From positions 1 to 44,252 of the IMG/VR virus record IMGVR_UViG_3300017747_004582: 44,252 nucleotides of DNA; one strand, written 5' to 3'. Under the pieces are notes generated by a model that saw only the letters and a list, made by a program, of their open reading frames with translations, had not been told where the DNA came from and made no database searches. This stretch comes from a virus (lineage: Duplodnaviria > Caudoviricetes). Below are positions 43,533-44,252 of the stretch, in pieces (position 1 is the first letter of the stretch; the number at the start of each line of letters is the position of its first letter). Position numbers and translations under genes: made by a program.

Positions 43533-43741
43533 GCATTGGACATCTGGACATCTCAAGAAAGTGATGTCCAGTCCAGATGTCCAGTCGCCCCACACGCTAG
43601 AAAGCGCTGTTTGAGAGCAGGTCTGGACATCTGGACATCACTTTCCCAAGTTTTTTCACCTACGCACGTGTTACGCACGCGTAGCGCGCGTCACGACGTA
43701 AGAACTAAGAAAGAAGAAGTGAGATGTCAGATGTCCAATGC
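43533..43741. repeat. TGGACATC iteron array in nested inverted orientation (candidate origin)
   Basis: Direct copies at 43537, 43545, 43624, 43632; inverted copies at 43563, 43576, 43730. Confidence 0.75.
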
Positions 43742-43782
43742 CGGGGCGAGGGCCGCAGAGGCGCATGCCGGGGGAGAGGCGT

Positions 43783-44124
43783 ATGCCTTGGGCTAGCAAG
43801 GTGCACGATCCCCTGCGCAGGCACAAGAAGAAGATCGCTGCGGCGAAGGGCAGAGAGGAGTACAGGTATGACACGATAGGGAAGATGTACCTGATGCCCG
43901 AATGGAGAGATCCAGTCATAGGGCTCAGAGCGATGCACCTGGCCAAGGAGCCGTTGTGTAGAGAGTGCAGAGCGCAGAGGATCAACAGGCCAGGCATCGA
44001 TGTGGATCACATCGAACCACATCGTGGTGATATGGGATTGTTCTTGGATCCCGATAACCTTCAGACGTTGTGCAAGACACACCACTCGATGAAGACTGCG
44101 AAGGAGAAGAACGATGGTCGATGA
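43783..44124 (+). CDS. HNH endonuclease (terminase cofactor, HK97 gp74-like)
   Basis: EPLCREC, VDHIEPHRGD..LFLDPDNLQTLCKTHHS.KT; located next to the genome end. Confidence 0.92.
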   Translation: MPWASKVHDPLRRHKKKIAAAKGREEYRYDTIGKMYLMPEWRDPVIGLRAMHLAKEPLCRECRAQRINRPGIDVDHIEPHRGDMGLFLDPDNLQTLCKTHHSMKTAKEKNDGR

Positions 44125-44130
44125 TATATG

Positions 44131-44179
44131 GTTCGATGTTCGATGTTCGATGCATTATGTTCGATGTTCGGCGTTCGGA
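44131..44179 (+). repeat. Tandem heptamer array (GTTCGAT x~7)
   Basis: gttcgat gttcgat gttcgat gcattat gttcgat gttcggc gttcgga. Confidence 0.85.
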
Positions 44180-44252
44180 GGGGTAGGGGTGTGCGAAAAG
44201 CCAGAACGTCGAATTCCCGACACCGACGCCCTCCCTCTCTTCCCTCCCCCCT
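44177..44252. other. cos-like packaging region at the genome end
   Basis: G-rich run, GAAAAG, then CACCGACGCCCTCCC after the HNH gene; CGACGCCCTCCCTC also occurs at 13-26. Confidence 0.5.

Noticed and set aside
43503-43796. 97-aa ORF with repeated LDIWTS
   Set aside because: The peptide repeats simply translate the TGGACATC DNA repeats; better explained as an origin
44131-44179. Possible CRISPR or mini-array
   Set aside because: 7-bp tandem units without spacers; the 43533-43741 repeats are also short and inverted
1-44252. Integrase, repressor, tRNA, reverse transcriptase/DGR, IS elements
   Set aside because: No supporting motifs seen by eye; a tRNA or Rfam scan was not possible

Overview
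This 44.3-kb high-GC window looks like an essentially complete tailed phage genome (siphovirus-like). I found no integrase or repressor, so it is probably lytic. The + strand (49-23271) carries an HK97-type head module (TerL, portal, protease, capsid), neck and tail genes with a GTA-like tail tip (DUF2460/DUF2163/NlpC/tip/DUF2793/LamG), and lysis genes. The - strand (23291-41130) carries early and replication genes (DUF2800 nuclease, DUF2815 SSB, Pol A, VRR-NUC, SNF2). A divergent primase-helicase, an ori-like repeat array, an HNH gene and a cos-like end follow. Two accessory systems stand out. (1) A six-enzyme cassette (four glycosyltransferase-like genes and two SAM methyltransferases) sits between the capsid and head-tail connector genes. 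Its first enzyme has no start codon and appears to be fused to a small head-associated protein by a -1 frameshift (G GGA AAC plus a pseudoknot). Ser-Pro loop insertions in several virion proteins may be acceptor tags, so this is a candidate virion-glycosylation system. (2) A cytosine-hypermodification pathway (dCMP hydroxymethylase, kinase, carbamoyltransferase, two NTP pyrophosphatases) is accompanied by an unusual dCMP deaminase-MBD4-like glycosylase fusion. All family calls come from motif recognition by eye; no searches were run.
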